A stretch of DNA of 64,000 bases from Alphaproteobacteria bacterium (GTDB lineage: Bacteria; Pseudomonadota; Alphaproteobacteria; CALKHQ01), in NCBI GenBank assembly GCA_965227515.1, contig CBDDFZ010000001.1, positions 1,632,001 to 1,696,000 of the forward strand. Direction: 5' to 3'. The translations under genes were made by a program, and so were the position numbers. This document shows positions 8,655-18,378 of the stretch, one piece after another (positions within the stretch are counted from its first letter, which is position 1; every line of letters starts with the position of its first letter). Below the pieces are notes generated by a model. That model was not told the DNA's origin and did not search any database. It saw only the letters and a program-made list of their open reading frames with translations.

Positions 8655-10928
8655 CTACTGCTGTGCGTATGCGGACCCGTCGATCTCGCCCTGTGAGGCC
8701 ATCGCGACGGCGCTGAGCACGTCCTCGTCCGACAGCAGCTCGGGCAGGGCGACACCGTCCGGCGCGCCGGGGCCGTAAACGGCATTGAACGGGATGCCGT
8801 AGCGCCCGAAGCTCGCCAGATAGTCGGCAATGGCCGGGTCGGGGTTGGTCCAGTCCGCGCGCATCGCCACGATGTCGCGGCTGCCGATCAGGGCGGCGAC
8901 AGGCCCGCGATCCATCACCGTCTTCTTGTTGTAGAGGCAGGTCAGGCACCAGTCGGCGGTGACGTCGACGAACACGGTATGCCCGTCGGCGACCAGGGCC
9001 GCGATCTGCGCCTGGTCGAACGTCGCCCATGCCGGATCGCCGGCCGGGCGGTCGGCCTGGGAGGACTGAGGCGCCAGCACCGGCACCAGCAGGGTGGCAA
9101 GCGCCAGCACCAGGGCGGCCGCGGTGGCGTTGCGGGCGAGCCGGGCGGCAGGGACATAGCGTCGCGCCAGATAGACGACAGCGATCAGCAGCACCAGGGC
9201 TGCGATGCCGAGCGTGGTTTCCCAGCCGACCTGGCCGGCCAGCACCGTCAGCAACCAGATCGCGGTCGCGACCAGGGCGAGACCCATGATCCGGCGCACC
9301 CACACCATCCAGGCGCCGGGCTTGGGCAGCTTGGTCGCCAGCGCCGGGAACAGTGCGATCAGGATGTAGGGCAGCGCGAGCCCGACCCCCATGGCGGCGA
9401 AGATCAAAAAGATCTCCATCGCGCCGCGCGCCAGCGCGAAACCGAGCGCGGTGCCGACGAACGGCGCGCTGCACGGGGTCGCCAGCAAGGTGGCGAACGC
9501 GCCGGTCAGGAAGTGGCTGCTCAGCTTCGGGCGCTTGTTCGGGTCGGGCGGCCCGTCGTTGCCCGCGCTCGCCGCGAGGTTGGCGACCCGGCCGGGCAGG
9601 TTGAATTCGAACAGCCCCAGCATGTTGTAGGCGAACACCGCCACGATCAGCAGCATGGCGACCAGGAACAGCGGCTGCTGGAACTGGATGCCCCAGCCGA
9701 CCGCGACCCCGGCCGACTTCAGCGCCACCGCGCCGGCGGCCAGCACCAGGAACGAGAACACGATGCCGGCGGCCGAGGCCGAGAAGCCGAGCCGGACGTG
9801 GCCGCGCGCGCCGCCGCCGTACTTGATCACCGACAGCACTTTCAGCGAGAGGACCGGCAGCACGCAGGGCATCAGGTTCAGGATCAGGCCGCCCAACAGG
9901 GCAACCGCCATCATGGTCAGCAGCACGTCGAACCCTACCGGGGCCGCCTGTCCGGCCACTCCGGTCTCTGCGGCCGTGCGGTCGGGACCGGTGGAGCCGC
10001 CGGCCGGATCGCCTTCCGCGACCTCGCCGGGCACGTAGCGCGCCGGCACCAGCATCTGCTCCATCGCGCGGCCGTCGTCGACCACGGTCAGCGTCAGCTC
10101 GCTGTCCCGCAGCGCGTCGATGCTGGCGCCCCAGGACGAGATATCGGCGGTCATCACCGCCGACAGGCCGTCAGCGGCCACGTCCGCCTGCGGCTGGTCG
10201 AACACGAACTCCGGCGGCGCCTCGAAGAACAGGTCGGGCGCGGTGATCGGCGCATCGGAGCGGAAGGCGACGGAGATCGCACCGGCCTCGCCATCGCCGG
10301 TGATGATCACGTCCTCGAGGTAAAGGCCGACAGCGTCCGGCCCGCCGGGCACCGTGGCGCGGAACTGGTCGATCTGGTGGGCAAAGGGCGTGCCGCTGCC
10401 GCCGCCGGCGGGCAGTGTCAGGCTGATCTCCGCGCTGTCGGGAATGCAGATCTCGGCACAGATCAGGAAGTTGACCGAGGTTTGGACCACCACCGGCAGC
10501 GTCGGGTCGGCCGCCGTCACCTGCAACGGGAAGATGACGTGGTCGGAATAGGCGAGCGTGGTGAAGCCGAGCAGCTCATAGCGGGTCGGCAGCGGCCATT
10601 GCATCTCGATCGCGGCGACGTTCTGGGATTGGCTCCAGTCGACCACCGGCGGCAGGCCGGCATCGCCGGGCGAGCGCCAGTAGATGTGCCATTCCGGCTC
10701 CAGCGCGAATTCCAGGCCGAGCGTGGCGCCGCCGCCCTCGCCCAGCGCGTCGGTGGCGGAGAGCAGGCGCAACTCGGCATGCTGGGTCCACGCGGACTCA
10801 GACGACAGCGCCGCTGCCGGCACCGCGCCCGATACCAGCGCAATCAGCCCCATCAGCAACGCGGCGATGGCCGCGCCAAACGATCCTCGATCCCGCATCG
10901 CCTGCATCAATCGTAGTTGATCCGCCAC
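8655..10928 (-). CDS. dsbD: protein-disulfide reductase DsbD family (DsbC-N, TM and thioredoxin domains)
   Basis: WHIYWRSPGDAG, CAEIC, NLMPCVLP, ATPCSAPF, ADWCLTC motifs. Confidence 0.9.
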   Translation of the reverse strand: MADQLRLMQAMRDRGSFGAAIAALLMGLIALVSGAVPAAALSSESAWTQHAELRLLSATDALGEGGGATLGLEFALEPEWHIYWRSPGDAGLPPVVDWSQSQNVAAIEMQWPLPTRYELLGFTTLAYSDHVIFPLQVTAADPTLPVVVQTSVNFLICAEICIPDSAEISLTLPAGGGSGTPFAHQIDQFRATVPGGPDAVGLYLEDVIITGDGEAGAISVAFRSDAPITAPDLFFEAPPEFVFDQPQADVAADGLSAVMTADISSWGASIDALRDSELTLTVVDDGRAMEQMLVPARYVPGEVAEGDPAGGSTGPDRTAAETGVAGQAAPVGFDVLLTMMAVALLGGLILNLMPCVLPVLSLKVLSVIKYGGGARGHVRLGFSASAAGIVFSFLVLAAGAVALKSAGVAVGWGIQFQQPLFLVAMLLIVAVFAYNMLGLFEFNLPGRVANLAASAGNDGPPDPNKRPKLSSHFLTGAFATLLATPCSAPFVGTALGFALARGAMEIFLIFAAMGVGLALPYILIALFPALATKLPKPGAWMVWVRRIMGLALVATAIWLLTVLAGQVGWETTLGIAALVLLIAVVYLARRYVPAARLARNATAAALVLALATLLVPVLAPQSSQADRPAGDPAWATFDQAQIAALVADGHTVFVDVTADWCLTCLYNKKTVMDRGPVAALIGSRDIVAMRADWTNPDPAIADYLASFGRYGIPFNAVYGPGAPDGVALPELLSDEDVLSAVAMASQGEIDGSAYAQQ

Positions 10929-11075
10929 AAATCCGCCCTAAGGTTTGGCTGAATATAGTGACCATTCCGTGGCTGCACCGTCACTTTGTCGTGCGGCCGA
11001 GATGATCGCGCGCGATCGCGCCGCCGGCAGCAGGTGCCCTTGCGTTACGCGCGCGCCACAGCATAATTGAGGACC

Positions 11076-11666
11076 ATGAAGATCGTCGGTAGCGAAATCG
11101 ACCTCAGTGCGAACGACAGCCTCGCCGGCCAGTTGCTGGTCGCGATGCCGCAGATGACCGATCCGCGTTTCGACAAGACCGTCATCTACATGTGCGCGCA
11201 CGACGAGGAAGGCGCCATGGGGCTGGTGCTGAACAAGCTCGTCGACAGCCTGACCTTCTCCGACATGCTGTCCCAGTTGAAGATCGAGAACGGGCCGTGC
11301 GCCTGCGACGTCGACGTGCACTTCGGCGGCCCGGTCGAATCCGGGCGCGGTTTCGTGCTGCACACCGACGACTACCAGCGCGACGGCACCATGTTCGTGA
11401 TCAACGGCATCGCGCTGACCGCGACCATCGACGTCTTGAAGTCGATCAGCCAGGGCGACGGGCCGCGCCGCTCCATGCTGGCGCTGGGCTATGCCGGCTG
11501 GGGGCCTGGGCAGCTCGAGAGCGAGATCCAGTCCAACGGATGGCTGCACGTGGCGCCCGACGAGTCGCTGATCTTCGACCGCAGCCACGATGCGAAGTGG
11601 AACCAGGCGATCGCCAAGCTCGGCATCGACCCCGGCCTGTTCGCGGGCCACGCCGGCCGCGCCTGA
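11076..11666 (+). CDS. algH: YqgE/AlgH (UPF0301) family protein
   Basis: LLVAMP..DPRF, GGPV, GYAGWGPGQLESEI motifs. Confidence 0.9.
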   Translation: MKIVGSEIDLSANDSLAGQLLVAMPQMTDPRFDKTVIYMCAHDEEGAMGLVLNKLVDSLTFSDMLSQLKIENGPCACDVDVHFGGPVESGRGFVLHTDDYQRDGTMFVINGIALTATIDVLKSISQGDGPRRSMLALGYAGWGPGQLESEIQSNGWLHVAPDESLIFDRSHDAKWNQAIAKLGIDPGLFAGHAGRA

Positions 11667-11696
11667 GCCTCGACGGCGGCCTTTTCCAAACCGGAC

Positions 11697-12386
11697 ATGC
11701 AGCACATCGGGATCGTCGGTTGCTCCGCCGAGGGCGCGGCGCTGTGCTTTCGCACGATTTGCGCCGAAAGCGCGCCGTTGCTGGGGCCGCACGCCCATCC
11801 GGAAGTCTCGATGCATACGCCGCCGTTGATTGACTATGTCGCATGCCTGGAGCGCGGCGACTGGCCGGGCGTCGCCGACCTGATGGCCGCTTCCGCCGAC
11901 AAGCTGGCCGCGATCGGGGCAGATTTCCTGATCTGCCCGGACAACACCATTCATGCAGCGATGCCGCTGGTTGCGCCGCGCACGTCGTTGCCGTGGCTGC
12001 ACATTGCGGAAGTCGTCGTCGATGCCGCACTGGCGCAAGGCTTTCGGCGGCTCGGCCTGCTCGGCACGCGCTGGCTGGTCGACAGCGAGGTCTACCCGGA
12101 CAAGGCCGAGTCGAAGGGGCTGCTGATCGTGCGGCCGACGCCGGGCGAAAGGGATGCGATCAATCGCATCATCATGGATGAACTGACCTATGCCGATATC
12201 AGGCCGGCGTCGCGCGCCGTCTTTCAGCAGGTGATCGAACGGCTGAAGGCGGACGAGGGGTGCGATGCCGTGGTGCTGGGCTGCACCGAGATCCCGCTGA
12301 TCATAAACGACGGCAATTCGGCCCTGCCGACGCTGGATTCCACGCGCCTGCTGGCCCGCGCTGCCATCCAGCGTGCCATCGGCTAG
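11697..12386 (+). CDS. aspartate/glutamate racemase family protein
   Basis: ICPDNTIH and VLGCTEIP motifs. Confidence 0.85.
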   Translation: MQHIGIVGCSAEGAALCFRTICAESAPLLGPHAHPEVSMHTPPLIDYVACLERGDWPGVADLMAASADKLAAIGADFLICPDNTIHAAMPLVAPRTSLPWLHIAEVVVDAALAQGFRRLGLLGTRWLVDSEVYPDKAESKGLLIVRPTPGERDAINRIIMDELTYADIRPASRAVFQQVIERLKADEGCDAVVLGCTEIPLIINDGNSALPTLDSTRLLARAAIQRAIG

Positions 12387-13558
12387 AGGGAGGCGACGGC
12401 CTCCACCAGTTGGGCCACCTCGTCCTCGGTGTTGTAGTAGTGGACGGAGGCTCGAACCATGCGGTCGAGGCCGCGCGCGCTCATGTCGAGGTAGGTTGAG
12501 CCCAGGTCGGTGACCGAGGTGTTGATGTGCCTGGCCCGCAACCCCTTGGACACGTCGTCGGCGACCATGCCCTCGACGGTGAAGGTGACCAGGGCGCACT
12601 TCTCGGCGCCGCGGTCGTGCACCGCCACCCCCGGCAGGTCGGCCAGTTGCGAGCGCATTGAGGCCGCCAGCGCCTGCACCCGCGCCTTGATCGCCTCCAG
12701 CCCCCAGTCCATCGCGTAGCGCGCGGCGGTGCCGAGCGCGATCTGGCCGGCGACATTGCGCTCCCAGTTCTCGAACCGCTGCGCGGTGTCGGCCAGGCGG
12801 TAGCTGTCCGGCCCGGTCCAGTCGGCCGACTTCAGGTCGATCATCGGCGGATGCACCTGGCCGATCAGGTCGCGCCGCATCCACAGGAAGCCGGTGCCGC
12901 GCGGCCCGCGCAGGAACTTGCGCCCGGTCGCGGTCAGCGCGTCGCAGCCGATGGCCGCCACGTCGATGGGCATCTGGCCGACCGACTGGCAGGCATCCAG
13001 CAGGTAGGTTACGCCGTGGGCGCGCGCCACCCGGCCGATCTCGGCGGCCGGATTGACCAGCCCGCCATTGGTCGGCACGTGGGTGATGGCGATCAGCTTC
13101 ACCCGGTCGTCGATCATGTCGGCCAGCGCCTGCGGGTCGGTCTGGCCGTGCCCGTCGTCGGGCGCCACCATCACCTCGATGCCGGTGCTGCGCGCCCGCT
13201 GCAGGAACGCCAGGTAGTTGGAGGCATATTCCGCCTGACCGGTGACGATGCGGTCGCCGGGTTTCAGGTCCAGGCCGTAGAACGCCATGTCCCACGCCCG
13301 GGTCGCATTCTCGATGAAGGCGATCTCGTCGGGCTGGCCGCCGACCAGCGCGGCGATGGCGGCATAGAAGTCGGCAATCTCGTCGGCCGCATCGGCGGTC
13401 GCCTCGTAGGCGCCGATCGTCATCTCCTGCCTCAGGTGCCGGTCCATCGCGTCGAACACCGGTTGCGGCATCAGGCCGGCGCCGGCGTTGTTCAGGTGGT
13501 TGACCTCTGCGCATCCGGGCGTCTCCGCGCGTGCCCGGCCAATGTCGATTTCGGTCAT
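12383..13558 (-). CDS. class V PLP-dependent aminotransferase / cysteine desulfurase-like
   Basis: HLNNAG, DACQSVG, TGRKFLRGPRGTG and RASVHYYN motifs. Real start is MTEIDIG, inside the longer ORF. Confidence 0.85.
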   Translation of the reverse strand: MTEIDIGRARAETPGCAEVNHLNNAGAGLMPQPVFDAMDRHLRQEMTIGAYEATADAADEIADFYAAIAALVGGQPDEIAFIENATRAWDMAFYGLDLKPGDRIVTGQAEYASNYLAFLQRARSTGIEVMVAPDDGHGQTDPQALADMIDDRVKLIAITHVPTNGGLVNPAAEIGRVARAHGVTYLLDACQSVGQMPIDVAAIGCDALTATGRKFLRGPRGTGFLWMRRDLIGQVHPPMIDLKSADWTGPDSYRLADTAQRFENWERNVAGQIALGTAARYAMDWGLEAIKARVQALAASMRSQLADLPGVAVHDRGAEKCALVTFTVEGMVADDVSKGLRARHINTSVTDLGSTYLDMSARGLDRMVRASVHYYNTEDEVAQLVEAVASL

Positions 13559-13663
13559 GAATTTCGCCCCAATTGCGGTGTCTGGAGAGCGCTGATCTGT
13601 GGTGCGCCGGTGCGCGCGGGCGTAGAATGGCCGACGCGCGAGCGCGGTATCATGGGGTGTGTG

Positions 13664-14197
13664 ATGCCAAAGGCAACACTTCGGTTCATTGCAACGGCGA
13701 TCCTGTCCTTGGGTTTGGCCGTGGGGATGGCGTGCGCGGCGCCGCTGGCGGCGTTGGCGCTGGTCGGCGGCACGCCGAAGAACGATGCGGTGCCGGCGCA
13801 GGCCCTGAGTGCCCCGGACCTGGTCGCGGCACTGCCGCGGTTCTGGCACGGCACCTTCCTGTGGCAGAACGGTGCCGCGTACTTCGTCGAAATGGAGCTG
13901 GTGAAGGTGAACGTGCGCGCCGACGGGCAGCTCTCCTTCAATGCAGAGACGGTCTGGCATCCCGAGGGCACCCAGGCACGCATGAGCGGCAGCATCGACC
14001 CGCGCACGCTGGAGGTGCGGATATGGGAGATCCCGGCCGACGACAGCGCCGACGACTTCGTCAGCGACGGGCAGTATCTCGGCCGGTTTTCCGGCGACCT
14101 GTGGGACCTGCAGGCACGCTGGACCACCAGCGGCAGCGGCGAGACGGGAAGCCTGGTGCTGGTCGCCGACCCGCGCCCCTATCAGCAAATGAACTGA
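13664..14197 (+). CDS. hypothetical exported beta-rich protein
   Basis: Signal-like N-terminus, host-like codon bias, alternating beta pattern (WHGTFLW, YLGRFSGD). Confidence 0.6.
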   Translation: MPKATLRFIATAILSLGLAVGMACAAPLAALALVGGTPKNDAVPAQALSAPDLVAALPRFWHGTFLWQNGAAYFVEMELVKVNVRADGQLSFNAETVWHPEGTQARMSGSIDPRTLEVRIWEIPADDSADDFVSDGQYLGRFSGDLWDLQARWTTSGSGETGSLVLVADPRPYQQMN

Positions 14198-14463
14198 TAG
14201 GATTCTAACACTGGACAATTCGCCCGGGGGCCAATGTTTCCAACGCACTAGACTTGCCGCGCCCGGACCTTTAGCGTTCGGTTGGGAACAGACGGCGGGC
14301 CCAGGCAGGGCGGCCGTTATGGAATACTCAGTCGCCACATTTGGCCAGCGCGAATACTGTGCAGACGTCGTGCCCGCATGGAATTGCGAGGCACGTTCGC
14401 GCCAGCGCCGGTGGCGGTCGGGTGATGGTCGTGCGACTGGGGGACGGCGCGATTGTGTGTGGC

Positions 14464-15039
14464 ATGGGGTTGAGTTGCCGGGCGGCGTTGTCGCTGTTGG
14501 CCAGTTGTGTCGTCGCCTGGGTGTCGGCGGTCGGGCTGGCCGTCGCCGACTGGCGCTATGACGCCTACGACACCGATGGCCTGCGCTGGCACGTGCTGAC
14601 GCTGACCGACAGCGGCTACCAGCTTGCGTTCTTCTGCCACGGGCCCGGCGACACCATCAAACTGGAGCTGCAATCGCCGGAGCCGATCTACCTGCCGACG
14701 GCGGTTGAGGGCGGCGGGCCGGGCAGCGAGGGCCAGGCGCGGCGGCTGGCCGGGCAGGCGGTGATCGCCGGTCCGGCCGAGGTGGCGTTCAAGGTCGATG
14801 GCCTGTCCCGCTACGATGTCTCGTTCTACTTCGTCGAATTCTATCGCTTGCTGGCACGCGACGACCGTGCCCACAGCCTGGCGGACTTCATGGACCACGT
14901 CGCGTCCGCCCAGACCATGACGCTTGCCGTGTCCAACGGCGATGCGAACGGCGTGGGCGGTGCGGCCGATGTGGCGACGTTTTCACTGGCGCCGGCAGCC
15001 AGCGCGTTCGCCCGGTTGAACAGCGTCTGCGGGAACTGA
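14464..15039 (+). CDS. hypothetical exported protein (start uncertain)
   Basis: Signal-like segment ending AVA-DW; paired Cys (FFC ... VCGN). Confidence 0.5.
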   Translation: MGLSCRAALSLLASCVVAWVSAVGLAVADWRYDAYDTDGLRWHVLTLTDSGYQLAFFCHGPGDTIKLELQSPEPIYLPTAVEGGGPGSEGQARRLAGQAVIAGPAEVAFKVDGLSRYDVSFYFVEFYRLLARDDRAHSLADFMDHVASAQTMTLAVSNGDANGVGGAADVATFSLAPAASAFARLNSVCGN

Positions 15040-15054
15040 CCGGCTGGATCAGGA

Positions 15055-16665
15055 TTAGCCCTCGGCCGCCACGAACTGGCGCGCCTGGTTGACCGAGCGC
15101 AGCACGTGCTTGCGCTTCAGCGGGCTGTTGTAGAAGCGGTTGACCGCAGCCAGAACCTCCGCCGCCCACGGTGCGTCGGGCGTGGCGGCCAGCTCGTCGC
15201 GCACGGCCCATAGCAGCTTCATGTGGTGGGCGGCGGCCAGATAGTCGAACTGGCCGTGGTCCAGCATCCTTTCGGCGTGCCGGGCGATGAAGGCGCCGGC
15301 GTCGCCGACCCGCCATGCGGAGGCGTCGTAGTTGGCGTCGACGAAGGGCGCGTTGCGGCCGACGAAACAGGCGATCTGCAACAGCCCCGGCGCCCACAGC
15401 GCGGCATCCTCGCTGGCCAGGTGGCGCACTGCGTTGGCGAAGGTCAGCGCGTGGGTGAAATCGAGCCAGGTGACGTTGCGCGACACCGGCTGGTCGACCG
15501 CACTCTGCCGGTCGAGGTCGAAATGCACCATCTGCCACGCGGCCGCGTGCACCAGTACGTCGAACAGGGCGGCGGGGTCGCCCGACCCGGCAGCCGTCAT
15601 GTCCAGCGCCTGTTTGATGCCCGCACCGACAAGGTCGGTCATCGCCGGCACATCCGTGCCGGTCCCGTCCCAGTTGGCCAGCGCCGTCGCATAGTGCCGG
15701 AACTCAGGGATCAGGTCCTCGCGCGACGCGTTGATCAGCATGCGCACCAGCGCCAGCGTCAGTGGCTCGGCGCTGTCCGGCCCCAGGTGGTCGACGGCCT
15801 GCCCGACCTTCAGCACGTAGATCGCGGCATGGCCGAAGTCGCAATAGTGCGCCAGGGCCGCCCGCGCCAGCGCCGGCCGGATGTCGGCATAGGTCAGGCC
15901 GGCGGCAAGGGCACTGCGCACTTGGGCGACGGCGGCGGCTTCGTCCTCGTTCTCGATGGCGGCGACCAGCAGGTCGGGCGCGAAGTCGGCACGGTCGGTG
16001 GGGTAGGGATAGGCGGGCTGGCGCAGCGTGTCCCACGACAGATAGCCGATGGCTTCCAGCGCCGGGGCCATGCGCAGCGGATCGTCCGCGCTCATGCCGG
16101 CGCGCATGTCGAGCCAGTCGGCCGCCACCGCCACGGCATGGGTGGCGCCGTATTCGAACCGGTCGTGGCTCCAGTCGACGGCCGCGCGCACTGCGTCCAG
16201 CGCGGTGTCGGCCTCGGGACCGCCGGCCGCTTCCAGGCGCGCCATCTCGCGGGCCATGCGCGTGTAGTCGTTGCGGTCGAACGCCTGGCGCAGGCTCGCC
16301 ATGGCGGCGGCGCGCCGTTCGCTGGCCGGCGGGTCGACAATTTCGATCCTGATCTCGCCGTCGATTATTTGGACCGGATAGGTGCGAACCCGCTCGCCGT
16401 CCAACAGGTTGGCGCCTGTCGCGAGGTCGAACTTCCAATTGTGCCAGTTGCAGGTCAGCGCGCAGGCGGGCGTGTCGCTGTCGTTGGCGGCGTACGTCCC
16501 GACCGAGCCTTCGATCAGCGGATAGCCCTCGTGCGGGCAGCGGTTATTGCAGGCGTAGACGGTGCCGTCGTGCAGGAACAGCGCAATCTGGCGCCCGTCC
16601 GCCTTCACCAGCTTGCGGCCCTTGGCTTCCAGGTCGTTCAGTGCGCCCGCGTTGATCACGCTCAT
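15055..16665 (-). CDS. Rieske 2Fe-2S domain fused to a His-rich helical domain
   Basis: NRCPHEG...CNWHNWKFDL Rieske ligands followed by about 430 aa of helical sequence. Confidence 0.8.
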   Translation of the reverse strand: MSVINAGALNDLEAKGRKLVKADGRQIALFLHDGTVYACNNRCPHEGYPLIEGSVGTYAANDSDTPACALTCNWHNWKFDLATGANLLDGERVRTYPVQIIDGEIRIEIVDPPASERRAAAMASLRQAFDRNDYTRMAREMARLEAAGGPEADTALDAVRAAVDWSHDRFEYGATHAVAVAADWLDMRAGMSADDPLRMAPALEAIGYLSWDTLRQPAYPYPTDRADFAPDLLVAAIENEDEAAAVAQVRSALAAGLTYADIRPALARAALAHYCDFGHAAIYVLKVGQAVDHLGPDSAEPLTLALVRMLINASREDLIPEFRHYATALANWDGTGTDVPAMTDLVGAGIKQALDMTAAGSGDPAALFDVLVHAAAWQMVHFDLDRQSAVDQPVSRNVTWLDFTHALTFANAVRHLASEDAALWAPGLLQIACFVGRNAPFVDANYDASAWRVGDAGAFIARHAERMLDHGQFDYLAAAHHMKLLWAVRDELAATPDAPWAAEVLAAVNRFYNSPLKRKHVLRSVNQARQFVAAEG

Positions 16666-16673
16666 CGTCGCCT

Positions 16674-16747
16674 CACTTAGGAAAGAATTATCTTTCATAA
16701 CTATGCGCCGACGGCTTGATATAGGCAAGATAAATCTTTACTAAGTG
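16674..16747. promoter_or_regulatory. double palindromic operator between divergent genes
   Basis: TTAGGAAAGAATTATCTTTCATAA (16677-16700) and ATAGGCAAGATAAATCTTTACTAA (16721-16744) are each near-palindromic and inverted copies of each other. Confidence 0.75.
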
Positions 16748-16751
16748 CGTC

Positions 16752-17408
16752 ATGCCCGATGACATCAGCCAAGGCCATGGCGCCACCCGCCGCGCGGTGC
16801 TCGACCTTCTGAAGACCGAGGGGCCGATGCCGGCCCGCGCCCTGGCGACGTCGCTGGGCCTGAGCGCCATGGCGGTGCGCCTGCACCTGCATGCCCTGCG
16901 CGACCAGGGGTTGATCGAGCCCGGCGAGGAACGGCGCGGCAGCGGCCGCCCGGCGCAGCTCTGGCAACTGACCGGCCAGGCGGCCCGCGTGTTCCCCGAT
17001 GCCCATGCCGACCTGTCGCTGAGCCTGCTCGATGCCATGAAGCAGGCGTTCGGCGAGGAGGGTCTGGACCGCATAGTCGCCCGCCGCGCCGAGCAGCAGA
17101 TCGAAGCCTATCGGGCCGCCATCGGCGACGGTGCGACGCTGGCCGAGAAGGTGGAGCGGCTGGCCGAGGTGCGCGCGGCGGAGGGCTATATGGCCGTCGT
17201 CTCGCGCGACGACGCCGGCGAGTTGCTGCTGGTGGAGCGCCACTGCCCGATCTGCAGTGCGGCGCGCGCATGCTCCGGGCTGTGCCGGTCCGAGCTGGAG
17301 GTGTTCCGGGCGGTGCTCGGCGCGGGCGTCGAGGTCAAGCGCACCGACCACATCATCTCCGGCGACCAGCGCTGCGCCTACCGGGTGCGGGCGGTCGGCG
17401 AAGCGTGA
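16752..17408 (+). CDS. SufR-like (COG2345) HTH metalloregulator
   Basis: N-terminal wHTH with GRP motif; C-terminal HCPIC..C..C..C. Confidence 0.85.
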   Translation: MPDDISQGHGATRRAVLDLLKTEGPMPARALATSLGLSAMAVRLHLHALRDQGLIEPGEERRGSGRPAQLWQLTGQAARVFPDAHADLSLSLLDAMKQAFGEEGLDRIVARRAEQQIEAYRAAIGDGATLAEKVERLAEVRAAEGYMAVVSRDDAGELLLVERHCPICSAARACSGLCRSELEVFRAVLGAGVEVKRTDHIISGDQRCAYRVRAVGEA

Positions 17409-17418
17409 TCGTTATCTT

Positions 17419-17502
17419 GTAGCCCGGGTGAAACGAAGTGCAACCCGGGGAACTTCCCACGGCAGCAATGCCCCGGGTTTCGCTCCGCTCCACCCGGGCT
17501 AC
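17419..17502. repeat. GTAG-type REP doublet (intact, empty)
   Basis: GTAGCCCGGGTGAAACGAAGTGCAACCCGGG ... CCCGGGTTTCGCTCCGCTCCACCCGGGCTAC between convergent genes. Homologous to 23088-23175. Confidence 0.85.
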
Positions 17503-17526
17503 GGAACGCGCAATGACGGTATGCAG

Positions 17527-18207
17527 TTACACCTGTGGCGGCTGCGGCGGCGTGGCGAGGTGGTCGCGCTTGATCCACACCCGCGCGCCATCGGGGCCGG
17601 CGGTCGCCGTGGTATGCGCACCCTTGGGCAGGCGCAGCCATGACTGCGGCGCGAAATCCTCGCCGCCCTCGCTGAAGCCGCCGTTCAGTACCAGCACCTC
17701 CATGCCACCGGGCGCGTCGGGCGCTACCTCTACGCCGGCATCCCACTGCTCCAGCGAAACCCGCTCCGCGCCGTCGGCGAATAGCGGCAGCGCGGCGACG
17801 CCGGGCCGTGCCGGGTCGGCGGCGAAGTCCATGTCGGCGGTGTGGAGGCGCACCGGCGTGCGGTCGGCCAGGTCGAACTGCCACAGCTTGACGAAGATGG
17901 TGCAGCCGGGGGCGGACCCCGGCGTGTGCGAGGACTGCGGCGGGTTGCGCACATAGGCCCCCGGCGGGAAGTCGCCGTGCTCGTCCTGGAACACGCCGTC
18001 CAGCACCAGGAACTCCTCGCCCCCGGTGTGCACGTGTGGGGAGAAGTGGCTGCCCGGCGCATAGCGCACGATAGAGGTGGCGCGGGCCACCTCGTCGCCC
18101 AGCCGGTCGAGCATGCGGCGGTCGACGCCCGGCATCGGCGATGCCTGCCACGGCATTTCCGCCGCGTGGACCGCGACGCGGCGCGAGAAATCGGCGTTCA
18201 GCTCCAT
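17527..18207 (-). CDS. ChrR-like cupin domain protein
   Basis: MELNADF..SPMPGVDRRMLDR..ARATSIVRY..HVHTGGEEF..IFVKLWQF. Confidence 0.85.
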   Translation of the reverse strand: MELNADFSRRVAVHAAEMPWQASPMPGVDRRMLDRLGDEVARATSIVRYAPGSHFSPHVHTGGEEFLVLDGVFQDEHGDFPPGAYVRNPPQSSHTPGSAPGCTIFVKLWQFDLADRTPVRLHTADMDFAADPARPGVAALPLFADGAERVSLEQWDAGVEVAPDAPGGMEVLVLNGGFSEGGEDFAPQSWLRLPKGAHTTATAGPDGARVWIKRDHLATPPQPPQV

Positions 18208-18378
18208 GGTGGTCCCTTCCACGGTTTCGACCGTCGATTGAACTGCATCTTGCGGCGTGCCGGTCAAGCCGGCCGGCGCCGGGGCGGAGTCATTGTGCCG
18301 CCAGGGCAGAGTCAGTGTGGCGCCAGATTCGTTGTCATTATGCGGCACGGTTGCTAAGCAGGCACCGGCCGCGCTGCG

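Noticed and set aside
12383-14338. N-terminally extended versions of genes in the ORF track (aminotransferase, cupin, protease, sqr, glgC, ggt, IS110) as fusions
   Set aside because: The extensions overlap divergent genes or promoters, and family homology begins at internal ATGs, several with a clear RBS.
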